A stretch of DNA of 64,000 nt from the NCBI GenBank assembly GCA_023379025.1, contig JAMCTH010000009.1, forward strand, positions 69,092 to 133,091, in the 5' to 3' direction. Origin of the DNA: Patescibacteria group bacterium. Lineage in GTDB: Bacteria; Patescibacteriota; Microgenomatia; UBA10105; UBA927. The translations under genes and the position numbers were made by a program. This document shows positions 52,735 through 61,240 of this stretch, piece after piece. The notes beneath the pieces are model-generated. The model was not told the DNA's origin. It saw nothing but the letters and a program-made list of their open reading frames with translations, and made no database searches. Numbering within the stretch: the stretch's first letter is position 1; the number at the start of each line of letters is the position of its first letter.

Positions 52735-52766
52735 ATAAAAAACTCCGTGAAACCGGAGTTTTTTAT
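52735..52766. terminator. Bidirectional rho-independent terminator
   Basis: AAAAAACTCCG-TGAAAC-CGGAGTTTTTT between the convergent helicase and csp genes. Confidence 0.8.
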
Positions 52767-52788
52767 ATGTACCTTACGCTACTGAGCG

Positions 52789-52989
52789 TTATGCTGCACG
52801 TTTTACATTTTTCGCGTTCGGGCCTTTCGGTCCGTCTACCACGTCAAACGTAACCTTTTCACCGACTTGAAGCTCGTCAAATGTGACGCCTACCAAATCT
52901 TTCGAATGAAAAAAAAGGTCTTTCGATTCGCCCTCACGGGAAATAAAACCAAATCCACGATCCGTTTTCGTTTTAATGGTTCCATTCAT
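52789..52989 (-). CDS. Cold-shock protein
   Basis: RGFGFI, DLFFH, GPKGPNA.NV; SD AAAGGAG. Confidence 0.95.
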   Translation of the reverse strand: MNGTIKTKTDRGFGFISREGESKDLFFHSKDLVGVTFDELQVGEKVTFDVVDGPKGPNAKNVKRAA

Positions 52990-53026
52990 AGTGTGTTGTC
53001 TCCTTTCAGTAACCGTAGTATAGCAC

Positions 53027-53287
53027 TTATTGTAGTGAAATATATCGTCGGTTCTCATCCTGCTTCTCTTCAGGGGTTAGAGGAATTGCCCCGGCTCGTG
53101 TATCAACAACGGGTTTATTTCCAGTTAATAAAATCGCTGTTTCTACGACCCGCGGTTTATCAGAAGAATAAATACAATCGAAGTGACCTAAGCGTCTCCT
53201 TTGTTCTGCGGCGGTAACTTTGCCTCTCTTAGTTAACTCTCCCGTCACGTCTTTTTCTGCATGTCTCAAAATGTATATTTCTTTCAT
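53027..53287 (-). pseudogene. Truncated histidine-phosphatase family gene
   Basis: IYILRHAEK...LT..G...IYSSD..R..ETA; ends at 86 aa without the second His motif. Confidence 0.65.
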
Positions 53288-53319
53288 ATGCGGAAAACTA
53301 TTTACAAAGTTATAACTTA

Positions 53320-53964
53320 CTATAAAACCAATTTTTTAACTTCATCAAGATTAGAGACGATAAAGTCAGGATTAGTCTTTTTTAATTCTTCAAATGAATA
53401 AAATAGATCATATTCTTTTCGTGTAAATAGAACTGTTTTACTTCCAGCCGCTTTTCCCATCAATATATCACTCTTGGAATCTCCAACAACTAACGTCTCT
53501 TTGGCTGTGATTTTCAATTTTTCAATGGCTTTTAGCACGGCTTCCGGGTGAGGTTTGGGGCTGACCACATCATCGGTGCTGATAACAAAATCAAAATAGG
53601 GTTCCAATTTATATTGACCCATCATTTGATCGATATACCATCGATATGCGAAGGTGATTACAATAATTTTGGTGTTACGATCTTTTAGGAAATTCAAAAC
53701 TTCAATGGTGTCGTTGAAAAGTGGAGCATGCTTAAACAAATCTTTTACAGCTGAAAAATATGCTTGAGCAAATAATTCTGTTTTTTCCGGAATCCCGAGA
53801 CTATTACAAATAACATATTCGCTTTTGCCAAAACATTTTTGAGCTATTTCTTTTTCGTCCAACACAAAACCAACGGATCGTAGAGCTACATCGTATGCCT
53901 TAATGTAAAAAGGAAGTGTGTCGGCGAGGGTTCCGTCAAAATCAAAAAGTACTGCCTTAATCAT
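53320..53964 (-). CDS. HAD-family hydrolase
   Basis: FDFDGTL, KPHPE, VGDSKSD. Confidence 0.93.
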   Translation of the reverse strand: MIKAVLFDFDGTLADTLPFYIKAYDVALRSVGFVLDEKEIAQKCFGKSEYVICNSLGIPEKTELFAQAYFSAVKDLFKHAPLFNDTIEVLNFLKDRNTKIIVITFAYRWYIDQMMGQYKLEPYFDFVISTDDVVSPKPHPEAVLKAIEKLKITAKETLVVGDSKSDILMGKAAGSKTVLFTRKEYDLFYSFEELKKTNPDFIVSNLDEVKKLVL

Positions 53965-54070
53965 AAAAAATCTTTAGGTTCTACTCCCGCTTCATCTCAG
54001 CTTCAAGCTAAAACACAATTTGAACCTGCGGTGTCTGTTTGAAAATATCCGAACGGAACTCTCTGGGCTC

Positions 54071-54109
54071 GGCGGGCGGAATTCCCCCCACACCCCCCTT
54101 CCGCCCGCC
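54071..54109. repeat. GC-rich hairpin GGCGGGCGGAA...TTCCGCCCGCC in a roughly 200-bp intergenic element
   Basis: 11-bp perfect inverted repeat. Confidence 0.8.
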
Positions 54110-54170
54110 TCGCCTGCCCGACCGAAACTCTTGAGTGAAGGCGGGAACCGGAGCGGAAAGGACGATTTCA

Positions 54171-54192
54171 AGTTTTTCTTTGGCGGCAAATT
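54171..54192. repeat. 22-bp direct repeat copy 1, AGTTTTTCTTTGGCGGCAAATT
   Basis: Identical to 54744-54765; immediately after the DUF1761 stop. Confidence 0.9.
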
Positions 54193-54194
54193 TT

Positions 54195-54605
54195 TTACTT
54201 CCAAAAAGTCAAAATCAAAACCATCGCAAAAAGACAGATGACATTTATGAGGTTATTGAAAAACCACCACTTCACAGATTTACCTTCCCACAACACGGGC
54301 CCGATGGTGAGTGGGCCGACAAACGCTATGAATGACCAAAATGTAAACCAGAGCGCATTTGAAACCGCGCTCGTGCCAAGTGCATTAACAAAATATGCGA
54401 GCCCAAATGCCATAAATAAATTCGCAAAGAAAATCCCAACAAGTACTTTCGGATTAGGTTTCTGTTTCGCTTGCGCCTCGGCATCAGCAGAGCCATTGAG
54501 CGTCGCTAACTGCTTTTTGAAAAGAGCCGTATACGCACCGCCGAGAATAAAGCTCATAACGGCTGCGGAAATAATAGCGAGATAATTGAAGGTTATAGTT
54601 TCCAT
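54195..54605 (-). CDS. DUF1761 family membrane protein
   Basis: NYLAI.SAA...LG..Y..LF; LWEGKS; four TM. Confidence 0.8.
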   Translation of the reverse strand: METITFNYLAIISAAVMSFILGGAYTALFKKQLATLNGSADAEAQAKQKPNPKVLVGIFFANLFMAFGLAYFVNALGTSAVSNALWFTFWSFIAFVGPLTIGPVLWEGKSVKWWFFNNLINVICLFAMVLILTFWK

Positions 54606-54617
54606 ATTGATTAAAAA

Positions 54618-54740
54618 TTATTTTGTCTTCTTTATGCTTCGTCTCTTTTGACTTCCTGGCCAGCAGATAGGGCACGACCCGCTCCCCTGATACTTATGCC
54701 CTCGACTGCATATTTTCAATTTTCCTTTTGCGATTCTCAT
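54618..54740 (-). CDS. 40-aa Cys/His small protein, possible zinc knuckle
   Basis: MRIAKGKLKICSRGHKYQGSGSCPICWPGSQKRRSIKKTK. Confidence 0.55.
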   Translation of the reverse strand: MRIAKGKLKICSRGHKYQGSGSCPICWPGSQKRRSIKKTK

Positions 54741-54743
54741 AGT

Positions 54744-54765
54744 AGTTTTTCTTTGGCGGCAAATT
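54744..54765. repeat. 22-bp direct repeat copy 2
   Basis: Identical to 54171-54192; 8 bp after the SRPBCC stop. Confidence 0.9.
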
Positions 54766-54773
54766 CTTTTGGC

Positions 54774-55202
54774 TTATTTTTCCAAAAGATTCTTTAGGAC
54801 ATCGAGCATCATTTGCCAATTTTTTTTGGAATGCTCACGGGCTTCTTCGGTTGCATTGTTGTCCTGCGAGAGTGTGACGATTGTTTGCGCTTCGTCACCG
54901 GAAAGCTCTATTGTGACGATGTGATAATTTTCCGGTACATCGGGCTTGCCTGAAAGCGGACTGAAATGACTATATTGCAGTATTCGCTCTTTTTCAAATT
55001 TAAGGATTTTGCCTTTGTCCTCATACGATTTTCCCTGCCATTCTCCCTTCCAGACGATGGAGCTTCCTACCTGCCAATCTGAAACAACATTTGTCCCGAA
55101 CATATATTGTTTGATAATTTCCGGCTTCGTTAATGCTTCCCAAACCTTTGTAGGTGAAGCGTTGATGGCAGTTGATACTTGTGCGATGAGGTTATTGTTC
55201 AT
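54774..55202 (-). CDS. SRPBCC/AHSA1 domain protein
   Basis: INASPTKVWEALT.P; W..ML..LK..LE. Confidence 0.9.
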   Translation of the reverse strand: MNNNLIAQVSTAINASPTKVWEALTKPEIIKQYMFGTNVVSDWQVGSSIVWKGEWQGKSYEDKGKILKFEKERILQYSHFSPLSGKPDVPENYHIVTIELSGDEAQTIVTLSQDNNATEEAREHSKKNWQMMLDVLKNLLEK

Positions 55203-55234
55203 ATTGGTAAATTTACTTCTAGATTTAATCGTTA

Positions 55235-55432
55235 TTATTTTACTAAATCTTCCATTGGAACGCCCAACGCCTTGGCGATCTTGGCGACCGTTTGCACACT
55301 TGGCTTGATGACCACATCGCTCTCAATTTTAGTAAGGGTAGTGTGCTTTACGCCGGATTTTCTCACTAAGTCGTCTTGGGTCAAGCCAAGCTTATTTCGT
55401 GCCCTTTTGATATTCTTGCCAATCGTTGCCAT
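55235..55432 (-). CDS. XRE-family HTH regulator
   Basis: IGKNIKRAR...LTQDDL...IES...PSVQTVAKIAKAL. Confidence 0.92.
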   Translation of the reverse strand: MATIGKNIKRARNKLGLTQDDLVRKSGVKHTTLTKIESDVVIKPSVQTVAKIAKALGVPMEDLVK

Positions 55433-55616
55433 AGTTTCAATACTTTGATATCATTACTTATGTTATATTTATTACAATACTATGATAGCAAAATTATTTC
55501 TTTCTTTCAAGAAAAGCCCGCTTCTGGCCTTACTGAATTCAAAACGGCTTGAAATTTCTCCGAAAAACGGCTGGCGAGCCCGCGTAGCGGGCGAGCCGAG
55601 ACTCTCATTTCCCAAC

Positions 55617-55707
55617 TGGCGGAGAGGGCGGGATTCGAACCCGCGATCACCTTGCGGCGATATGCGCCCTCCAAGCGCACGCACTAGACCAACTATGCGA
55701 CCTCTCC
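55617..55707 (-). tRNA. tRNA-Ser(GGA)
   Basis: GGAGAGG acceptor, TGCGC-TTGGAGG-GCGCA anticodon arm, long variable arm, CCA encoded. Confidence 0.92.
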
Positions 55708-55760
55708 AATAAGCCTGATTATACCATCTCTCCGGCATCACCGATGCTATAATGAGCTGT

Positions 55761-56678
55761 ATGTCCCTCCGTACCAAAGCTCTTCTTGCCGTCTTTGCCG
55801 CGGCACTTCTCTGGTCCGGGGCAAACTCGGTCGGGAAAATCCTCGTGACCCATACTAATCCGTTCGTCATCGCGTTCTACCGCTTTACTCTGGCTTCTCT
55901 CATCATCCTTCCCTGGTTTTGGAAAGCCAAAAAGCCCAAAAACTTTGCGTTCCGCCTCTTGCCGCTTGGCATATTCAACGGCGGAAATATCCTTTTTTTC
56001 TATTCAGGCCTCGCGCGGACGACCGCAAATACCTCATCCATCCTCGGCGCGACCGTACCGATCGTGACACTACTCCTCTCCGCCCTCATCATTCACGAAA
56101 CGATCACCGGGAAACGGATTCTCGGAGTGCTCATAGGACTTCTCGGCGCCCTCTTTATCATCATTCTGCCGGAATTGAAACACGGAGCGCCAATCTATGG
56201 AAATTTCTCCGGAAACATCCTGCTTCTCGGAAGCATCCTGAGCTGGACGCTCTATATTATTTCCTCACGGAAAATACTTTCAAAAGATACTTTTGATCCA
56301 GTTCTTGCGCTTGCCATGAACTTCTTTGTGACTTCTGCCATGACCGGACTTGCCGCTCTTCTCACCCATCAGTCGTTTCTGGTGCCGGCATTTTCCGATG
56401 GGAACTATATAGTAGTCTTTCTTTATGCCGTCCTCGGTATCACTATTACGACGTTTTTCCTTTTCCAATGGGCGGTCCAGTATCTTTCGGCAACTACCGT
56501 ATCGCTTAAAGAGTATTTGCAGCTGGTCATTGGAATCGGACTCAATATCCTTATCCTCGGCGAACGGATGACCGTGGAATACGTCCTTGGCAGCATCCTG
56601 GTCGTCATCGGACTCATCGTCGCAACCGGATTGTACACGCCGCACGAGACACTCCGGAAAACCATGGGACGGCAGTAG
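55761..56678 (+). CDS. EamA/DMT family transporter
   Basis: Ten TM in two repeats; ILGE motif. Confidence 0.9.
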   Translation: MSLRTKALLAVFAAALLWSGANSVGKILVTHTNPFVIAFYRFTLASLIILPWFWKAKKPKNFAFRLLPLGIFNGGNILFFYSGLARTTANTSSILGATVPIVTLLLSALIIHETITGKRILGVLIGLLGALFIIILPELKHGAPIYGNFSGNILLLGSILSWTLYIISSRKILSKDTFDPVLALAMNFFVTSAMTGLAALLTHQSFLVPAFSDGNYIVVFLYAVLGITITTFFLFQWAVQYLSATTVSLKEYLQLVIGIGLNILILGERMTVEYVLGSILVVIGLIVATGLYTPHETLRKTMGRQ

Positions 56679-56681
56679 GGA

Positions 56682-57254
56682 TTATTTCGCAAATTCCCTG
56701 TGCAGGGTATCACGGAGGTGCTTCCACCATTCATGAGAATCCGTTTCAGCCAGACTTCCGGCCAGTTCAACGGCTTCGGGGATCCGCAGCCGCTTTGCAT
56801 TGGCGTCCAGCCATTCCCGCGCATGCGTGTTTCCTTTTTCTTCCAGAAGCTTGAGTTCTGCCAGAAATGCGATGACGTTGGCCTCATACACAATCTTGGC
56901 CTCCCGGGTTTCCTGCTTCTCATACGTATTGAGTGTAGCGAGGAGTTCGTCATCCACTCCGGCAAAAATATCGCGGTTTGCTTTGTCCTGATCGCGCGTC
57001 ATATAGAAATGCGCGATTTTGTCAAGGTCGCCGGTCCTGGCTTCATGGAAATCATGAAATACGGCCATGGTCAGAACGGTCTCCAGATGTGCGCCGAGTT
57101 CCTTCCCTAAAAAATATGCGATGACCGCGGTCATAAACGAGTGCTCGCCCACCCCTTCTTCGTTATCCCCAAGGATCTGCCAGCCGGTCCGTTTGAGACG
57201 TTTGACGACCGCTGCCTCATAGATAATATTGGTCACGTGTTTGAGTATTTTCAT
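56682..57254 (-). CDS. HD-domain hydrolase (YfbR/YGK1-like)
   Basis: RTGW...EHSF...FHDFHEARTGD. Confidence 0.88.
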   Translation of the reverse strand: MKILKHVTNIIYEAAVVKRLKRTGWQILGDNEEGVGEHSFMTAVIAYFLGKELGAHLETVLTMAVFHDFHEARTGDLDKIAHFYMTRDQDKANRDIFAGVDDELLATLNTYEKQETREAKIVYEANVIAFLAELKLLEEKGNTHAREWLDANAKRLRIPEAVELAGSLAETDSHEWWKHLRDTLHREFAK

Positions 57255-57283
57255 ACATTCAGGATCACGAACATTTTTCGATG

Positions 57284-57356
57284 CGCTCCCTGGCAGACTT
57301 GAACTGCCATATCAGCCTCCGGAGGGCCGCGCTCTATCCAGTTAAGCTAAGGGAGC
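57284..57356 (-). tRNA. tRNA-Arg(CCG)
   Basis: GCTCCCT/AGGGAGC acceptor; CGGCC-CTCCGGA-GGCTG anticodon arm. Confidence 0.92.
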
Positions 57357-57372
57357 ATTCATCCCGGGCTCA

Positions 57373-57807
57373 TTATACCGCAGCGCGGGTTTCTGCGGCT
57401 ATTGTAGTCAGATCCCCGTCGAGGATAACGGGCTGCATGGCGTGCATTTCAGTGAGGTAATCCATTTTCGGAACAGGATACAACAGGAAAATTTTTTTAC
57501 CGAGCCAAAAGGCAATACCCATTTCGAGAAACGTGTTGCCGCCGATATACCCGGCTATTCCATTTTTTTCGTAATTAAGGACCACGATGGCATCGGCTCC
57601 CTGTATGGCCCGGAAGTGTTCACGGATAAAATCGTGCTCGATTTTAACGTTGATCTTTTCTTCGTCCGTCGTCATATACGATTCGTTCAGTTCATCGTGA
57701 TACGCGCCGGAAGGTATGACGACGAGGTGTCCGGCCTTTTCGAGTGTAGCCTTGGCCGCAATCATCTCCCTATGAAACTGCATACTGCCGCAGATCGTGA
57801 TATTCAT
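57373..57807 (-). CDS. Hypothetical protein, nucleoside deoxyribosyltransferase-like fold
   Basis: ITICGSM...ADAIVVLN...YIGGNTFLEMG.A. Confidence 0.7.
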   Translation of the reverse strand: MNITICGSMQFHREMIAAKATLEKAGHLVVIPSGAYHDELNESYMTTDEEKINVKIEHDFIREHFRAIQGADAIVVLNYEKNGIAGYIGGNTFLEMGIAFWLGKKIFLLYPVPKMDYLTEMHAMQPVILDGDLTTIAAETRAAV

Positions 57808-57941
57808 AATTATTACTCCTCTTTCCGGTAGACAACCGTTGTGACAAATTACGCACACTACAGATAACACAACCTGCCTGCCGGAAGACCGGGATTCGTC
57901 TCGCACTCTTCGGTAGCGGCGGGATCTGCCCCGTAACAGCG

Positions 57942-58027
57942 CGGAGGGTACAGGATTCGAACCTGTGCCTCCCGAATGGGAGAACGGTTTTCGAGACCGT
58001 CGCTTTGAACCGCTCAGCCAACCCTCC
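57942..58027 (-). tRNA. tRNA-Ser(CGA)
   Basis: GGAGGGT acceptor; ACGGT-CTCGAAA-ACCGT anticodon arm; long variable arm. Confidence 0.93.
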
Positions 58028-58152
58028 GCGCTTGTACGGGATTCGAGATCAGCCAATAAAACCGCTCTTGCACACCTCCCGAATCAATTAAGAATTATTC
58101 CGGGTAAACCACACAGCGTTTACGCAGAAATTTCTTCCGAGAAATTATTCTG

Positions 58153-58226
58153 CGTCCCCGGTGAGAGTTGAACTCACAATCTCAGCCTCCGCAGGGCCGC
58201 GCTCTATCCAGTTAAGCTACGGGGAC
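58153..58226 (-). tRNA. tRNA-Arg(GCG)
   Basis: GTCCCCG/CGGGGAC acceptor; CGGCC-CTGCGGA-GGCTG anticodon arm. Confidence 0.92.
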
Positions 58227-58907
58227 ATGTATACTTCCGGTCAGATGTTCTCCCAGAGCTAATGAAAAATGTACAATTTGCTCTCTGAGATAGTCATTAT
58301 TATAGCGCAGAAAGCAGATACCACCAAAATTTCGTCTGAAGGTTTTCTCTTTACTCCTATCCTTCCGATATGTTTTCATAAACTGAGTCTCAGGTATGCT
58401 AAGTAAAGCCGACCAAAATTTTTTTACCTTTGCCTCGTTGTGGTACCAATGGAGGTGAAGCCTTACTCGGAGTCTACATTCATCAATATGATAACAGTGT
58501 CTCAACAATGTTATGAATAATTTCATACGTCTCGGATCTGTATTTACAAAAACAAGTGGTCCTCTTCCCTTACATCCTTCTGACCAATACAGCATAGCGA
58601 GCATTGCTTTTTTCGTTGTGCTACCAATATCCAACGAATTGATCTCTTGCTTTGTCTCTGTGACGATTTTCTGTATCTTTTCCTCTCTCTTTCTCTTTTG
58701 TGCAAGAGCACCCAAAGGTTGAATTTCCCGTATCCATTTTTGCCTACCCATAAGAGCATATTTTCTCTCGTTGGACATCGACCTTACCCATTCATAAACT
58801 GTGCTCTTGGCGACCAACACATCATTTGCAATTTGTCCGATTGATCGTCCTTGCCTTCTTAACGTGCGGGCTCTCTGTTTCGTCCTCTCGGGAATATACC
58901 TTCTCAT
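58212..58907 (-). CDS. HTH plus LAGLIDADG-like endonuclease-domain protein
   Basis: RRQGRSIGQIA...KSTVYEWV HTH; AMLYWSEG, FVNTDP, FWS..L.IP; stop codon inside tRNA-Arg(GCG). Confidence 0.7.
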   Translation of the reverse strand: MRRYIPERTKQRARTLRRQGRSIGQIANDVLVAKSTVYEWVRSMSNERKYALMGRQKWIREIQPLGALAQKRKREEKIQKIVTETKQEINSLDIGSTTKKAMLAMLYWSEGCKGRGPLVFVNTDPRRMKLFITLLRHCYHIDECRLRVRLHLHWYHNEAKVKKFWSALLSIPETQFMKTYRKDRSKEKTFRRNFGGICFLRYNNDYLREQIVHFSLALGEHLTGSIHVPVA

Positions 58908-58970
58908 ATCGAACGAGAAATATAGGGATAAATTAATTATGCTTCAATCCGATCTAATTGTTTCGAGGTA

Positions 58971-59489
58971 TTATGAAGGTTTGTCCAGAGGTATTTTTTC
59001 CGTAATCCAGGAAGCGGCGTTATCCACCCAGTTTTTTTGCGGTTCTTCCTGAAACTCTATATACCGGCCAACTATACTTTTGACTTTTTCCTTGCTTTGA
59101 CCGGCAAGAAGGATGATCTCCCGTGGTGCCCGGAATGGTCGGATGACGAGCATTGTCTGCCCCCACTGCTCCTCAAACCAGAAATCCCCCAATTCTTCCC
59201 AACGATACGTATGTGCACCGGTCATGATGCCCAGACTACTGATCCGGTGCCGTATTTCCTCCGGCGGGACGGTAGAAAGGACGTAGATAAGAAATACTAT
59301 GGACACTACGGCTGCGATAAGGACAAACTCACGCGCAAAGACAAGGATGATGAGAAGCAGCACCACGATCGCGCCGACATTGGTAAAATATTCCTTGTCG
59401 CGCCGCTTAAAAAGTCGGGATGGAGATGACCACTCGAGATAGACATCTTCTTTTTTCTTTTCGGAGTCCGGTTGTTGTTTGCCTTCCAT
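58971..59489 (-). CDS. Hypothetical membrane protein
   Basis: LEWSSPSRLFKRRDKEYF, two TM, Y.W.EL..FW. Confidence 0.78.
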   Translation of the reverse strand: MEGKQQPDSEKKKEDVYLEWSSPSRLFKRRDKEYFTNVGAIVVLLLIILVFAREFVLIAAVVSIVFLIYVLSTVPPEEIRHRISSLGIMTGAHTYRWEELGDFWFEEQWGQTMLVIRPFRAPREIILLAGQSKEKVKSIVGRYIEFQEEPQKNWVDNAASWITEKIPLDKPS

Positions 59490-59549
59490 GTCTCCAGTAT
59501 ATACTATACAAAAACCTCGCGTGCAATTGCCGGCAGGATAAACTTGATG

Positions 59550-59636
59550 CGGAAGGGGGGAGATTCGAACTCCCGCTGGGCTTACACCCACCACGGTTTT
59601 CAAGACCGGGCCGTTAAACCGCTCCGGCACCCTTCC
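59550..59636 (-). tRNA. tRNA-Ser(TGA)
   Basis: GGAAGGG acceptor; CT-TGA-AA loop; long variable arm. Confidence 0.92.
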
Positions 59637-59729
59637 TCAGAACGAATTAGGAAATTTTTCTGAGTAGACCCATACTGATTTACCCCGCCTATTATACCAA
59701 GCAGCACACGCTTCGTGGTACCATACCCC

Positions 59730-60350
59730 ATGCCACATATGATTTTTGAGGCTGTTTTTGATATCGAAACGAAAAAGCTTTTCAGTGAAACGGAAACAGG
59801 CGACCCTGCGGAGCTCGGTGTCTCCATCGTGTCGGTATATTCAAGAAGCCTTGATGAATCACGGCGACTCATCTCGGACAATCTCCGATCGTTCTGGGAA
59901 CAGGACTTTTCCGACATGTGGGAAGTCTTCAGTAAGGCAGACCGCATCATCGGATTTAACAGCCTGAACTTTGACGTACCGGCTCTGGCCCCATACGCTC
60001 CCAATGGTTTTGAGGGATACAAGCATTTTGATCTCCTTGATGTCATAAAAAAGAAAACCGGCAGGCGCTTCAGCCTCAACTCGCTGGCGCGCGACACCCT
60101 GAGCCATGAAAAAACAGACGTCGGCACCAACGCAGTGTACTACTGGAACCAGGGGGACCACGAAAGCCTCCGGAAGCTCAGGGAATACTGTGAGGCAGAC
60201 GTCCTCATCACCCGGGACCTCTATGATTACGGGTTTACCCACGGACAACTCAAATATACGGATAAGTGGAACTACCAGAGGACCATGGATATAGATTTTT
60301 CTTACCCCAAAAAAGACTCTGAGCGCCCAAAACAGGGTTCACTCTTCTGA
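59730..60350 (+). CDS. RNase H-like (DEDD/YprB-type) exonuclease domain protein
   Basis: FDIETK, IGFNSLNFD, YCEADV. Confidence 0.85.
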   Translation: MPHMIFEAVFDIETKKLFSETETGDPAELGVSIVSVYSRSLDESRRLISDNLRSFWEQDFSDMWEVFSKADRIIGFNSLNFDVPALAPYAPNGFEGYKHFDLLDVIKKKTGRRFSLNSLARDTLSHEKTDVGTNAVYYWNQGDHESLRKLREYCEADVLITRDLYDYGFTHGQLKYTDKWNYQRTMDIDFSYPKKDSERPKQGSLF

Positions 60351-60423
60351 CATGTGACCGCCCCACCGCACACCTCCTATTCATGGTTTGTCCGAGTATT
60401 CTTTGTTATAATGCAACCTGTCA

Positions 60424-60514
60424 GGAGGAGTCGCATAGCCCGGTCCATTGCGAGGGTTTGCTAAACCCTTGAGCCGCAAGGCTCGCGTGGGTTCGAATCC
60501 CACCTCCTCCGCCA
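60424..60514 (+). tRNA. tRNA-Ser(GCT)
   Basis: GGAGGAG/CTCCTCC acceptor; AGGGT-TTGCTAA-ACCCT; long variable arm; CCA encoded. Confidence 0.93.
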
Positions 60515-60664
60515 TCACGGACAAAATAAATATCGGGTTATCCGGACAATCCGGAGCATTAGAAAAACACGTTCTAACTGAAAAGTGAGTTTAGCCTGAC
60601 AGGGGGCGGGATTAGAACCTAAAGTGGTATAATCCGTTTTATATAACGCTATAACAAAATTTTT

Positions 60665-61114
60665 ATGCAAAAAAGCAATAAATTAACAACACAGACAGTT
60701 AAAAAATGGGGAATGGATTTTATGACGCTGGATAGGAAATTTCCGTCTGAGAAGTATAAGAAATACTTAGATGATTTTGGAGTCAAAAAAGACGAAGAGC
60801 TTGATGCAAAAAGTATTGAAGAGATGTTTTTTGCTCTTCGTCAAGATTTTATCAATGGGAAATTAGATCTTGATGAATTTGCACTTATATGCAATTCTTT
60901 GCATTTGGTGATGAGAAAAAAACATTTTGATGACGATAACCCTGCATTGGCACGCGCATTAGATGAGGGAAATGAGTTAAGTTTTGATATTAGAAGTGTT
61001 CCAAAACATTATCGTAACGTAGCAGATACATTACAAACTATTTATGACTATAAACAGGAATCGGATTCCGCGCTTCATGGTTCATCTGCTCCTCCCAAAG
61101 ATTTTTATAAATAA
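60665..61114 (+). CDS. Hypothetical protein (AT-rich)
   Basis: 149-aa ORF downstream of tRNA-Ser(GCT). Confidence 0.7.
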   Translation: MQKSNKLTTQTVKKWGMDFMTLDRKFPSEKYKKYLDDFGVKKDEELDAKSIEEMFFALRQDFINGKLDLDEFALICNSLHLVMRKKHFDDDNPALARALDEGNELSFDIRSVPKHYRNVADTLQTIYDYKQESDSALHGSSAPPKDFYK

Positions 61115-61130
61115 ATCGGATCTTAAAAAC

Positions 61131-61178
61131 AAAACCGGCATGAATTCTGTGAAGTACGCAGAAATCCCTGCCGGTTTT
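61131..61178. terminator. Hairpin/terminator between convergent genes
   Basis: AAAACCGGCA...TGCCGGTTTT. Confidence 0.55.
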
Positions 61179-61240
61179 AGTAGATATCAAGTGTGTTCGG
61201 GCATCCAGCTAGTTGCATGCTGATCGCACATGATATTCAT

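Noticed and set aside
53992-54241. ORFs such as MEVKNLPPKKNLKSSFPLRFPP across the hairpin element
   Set aside because: They translate a structured repeat element and overlap neighbouring genes; better treated as non-coding.
55472-59630. ORFs or N-terminal extensions running through tRNA genes (55472-55870, 57808-58056, 59490-59630)
   Set aside because: Clear tRNA cloverleafs occupy these positions and better downstream starts exist.
60600-60620. GGGGGCGGGATTAGAACC resembling an inverted tRNA T-arm
   Set aside because: Match is too short to call an att site or tRNA fragment without comparative data.
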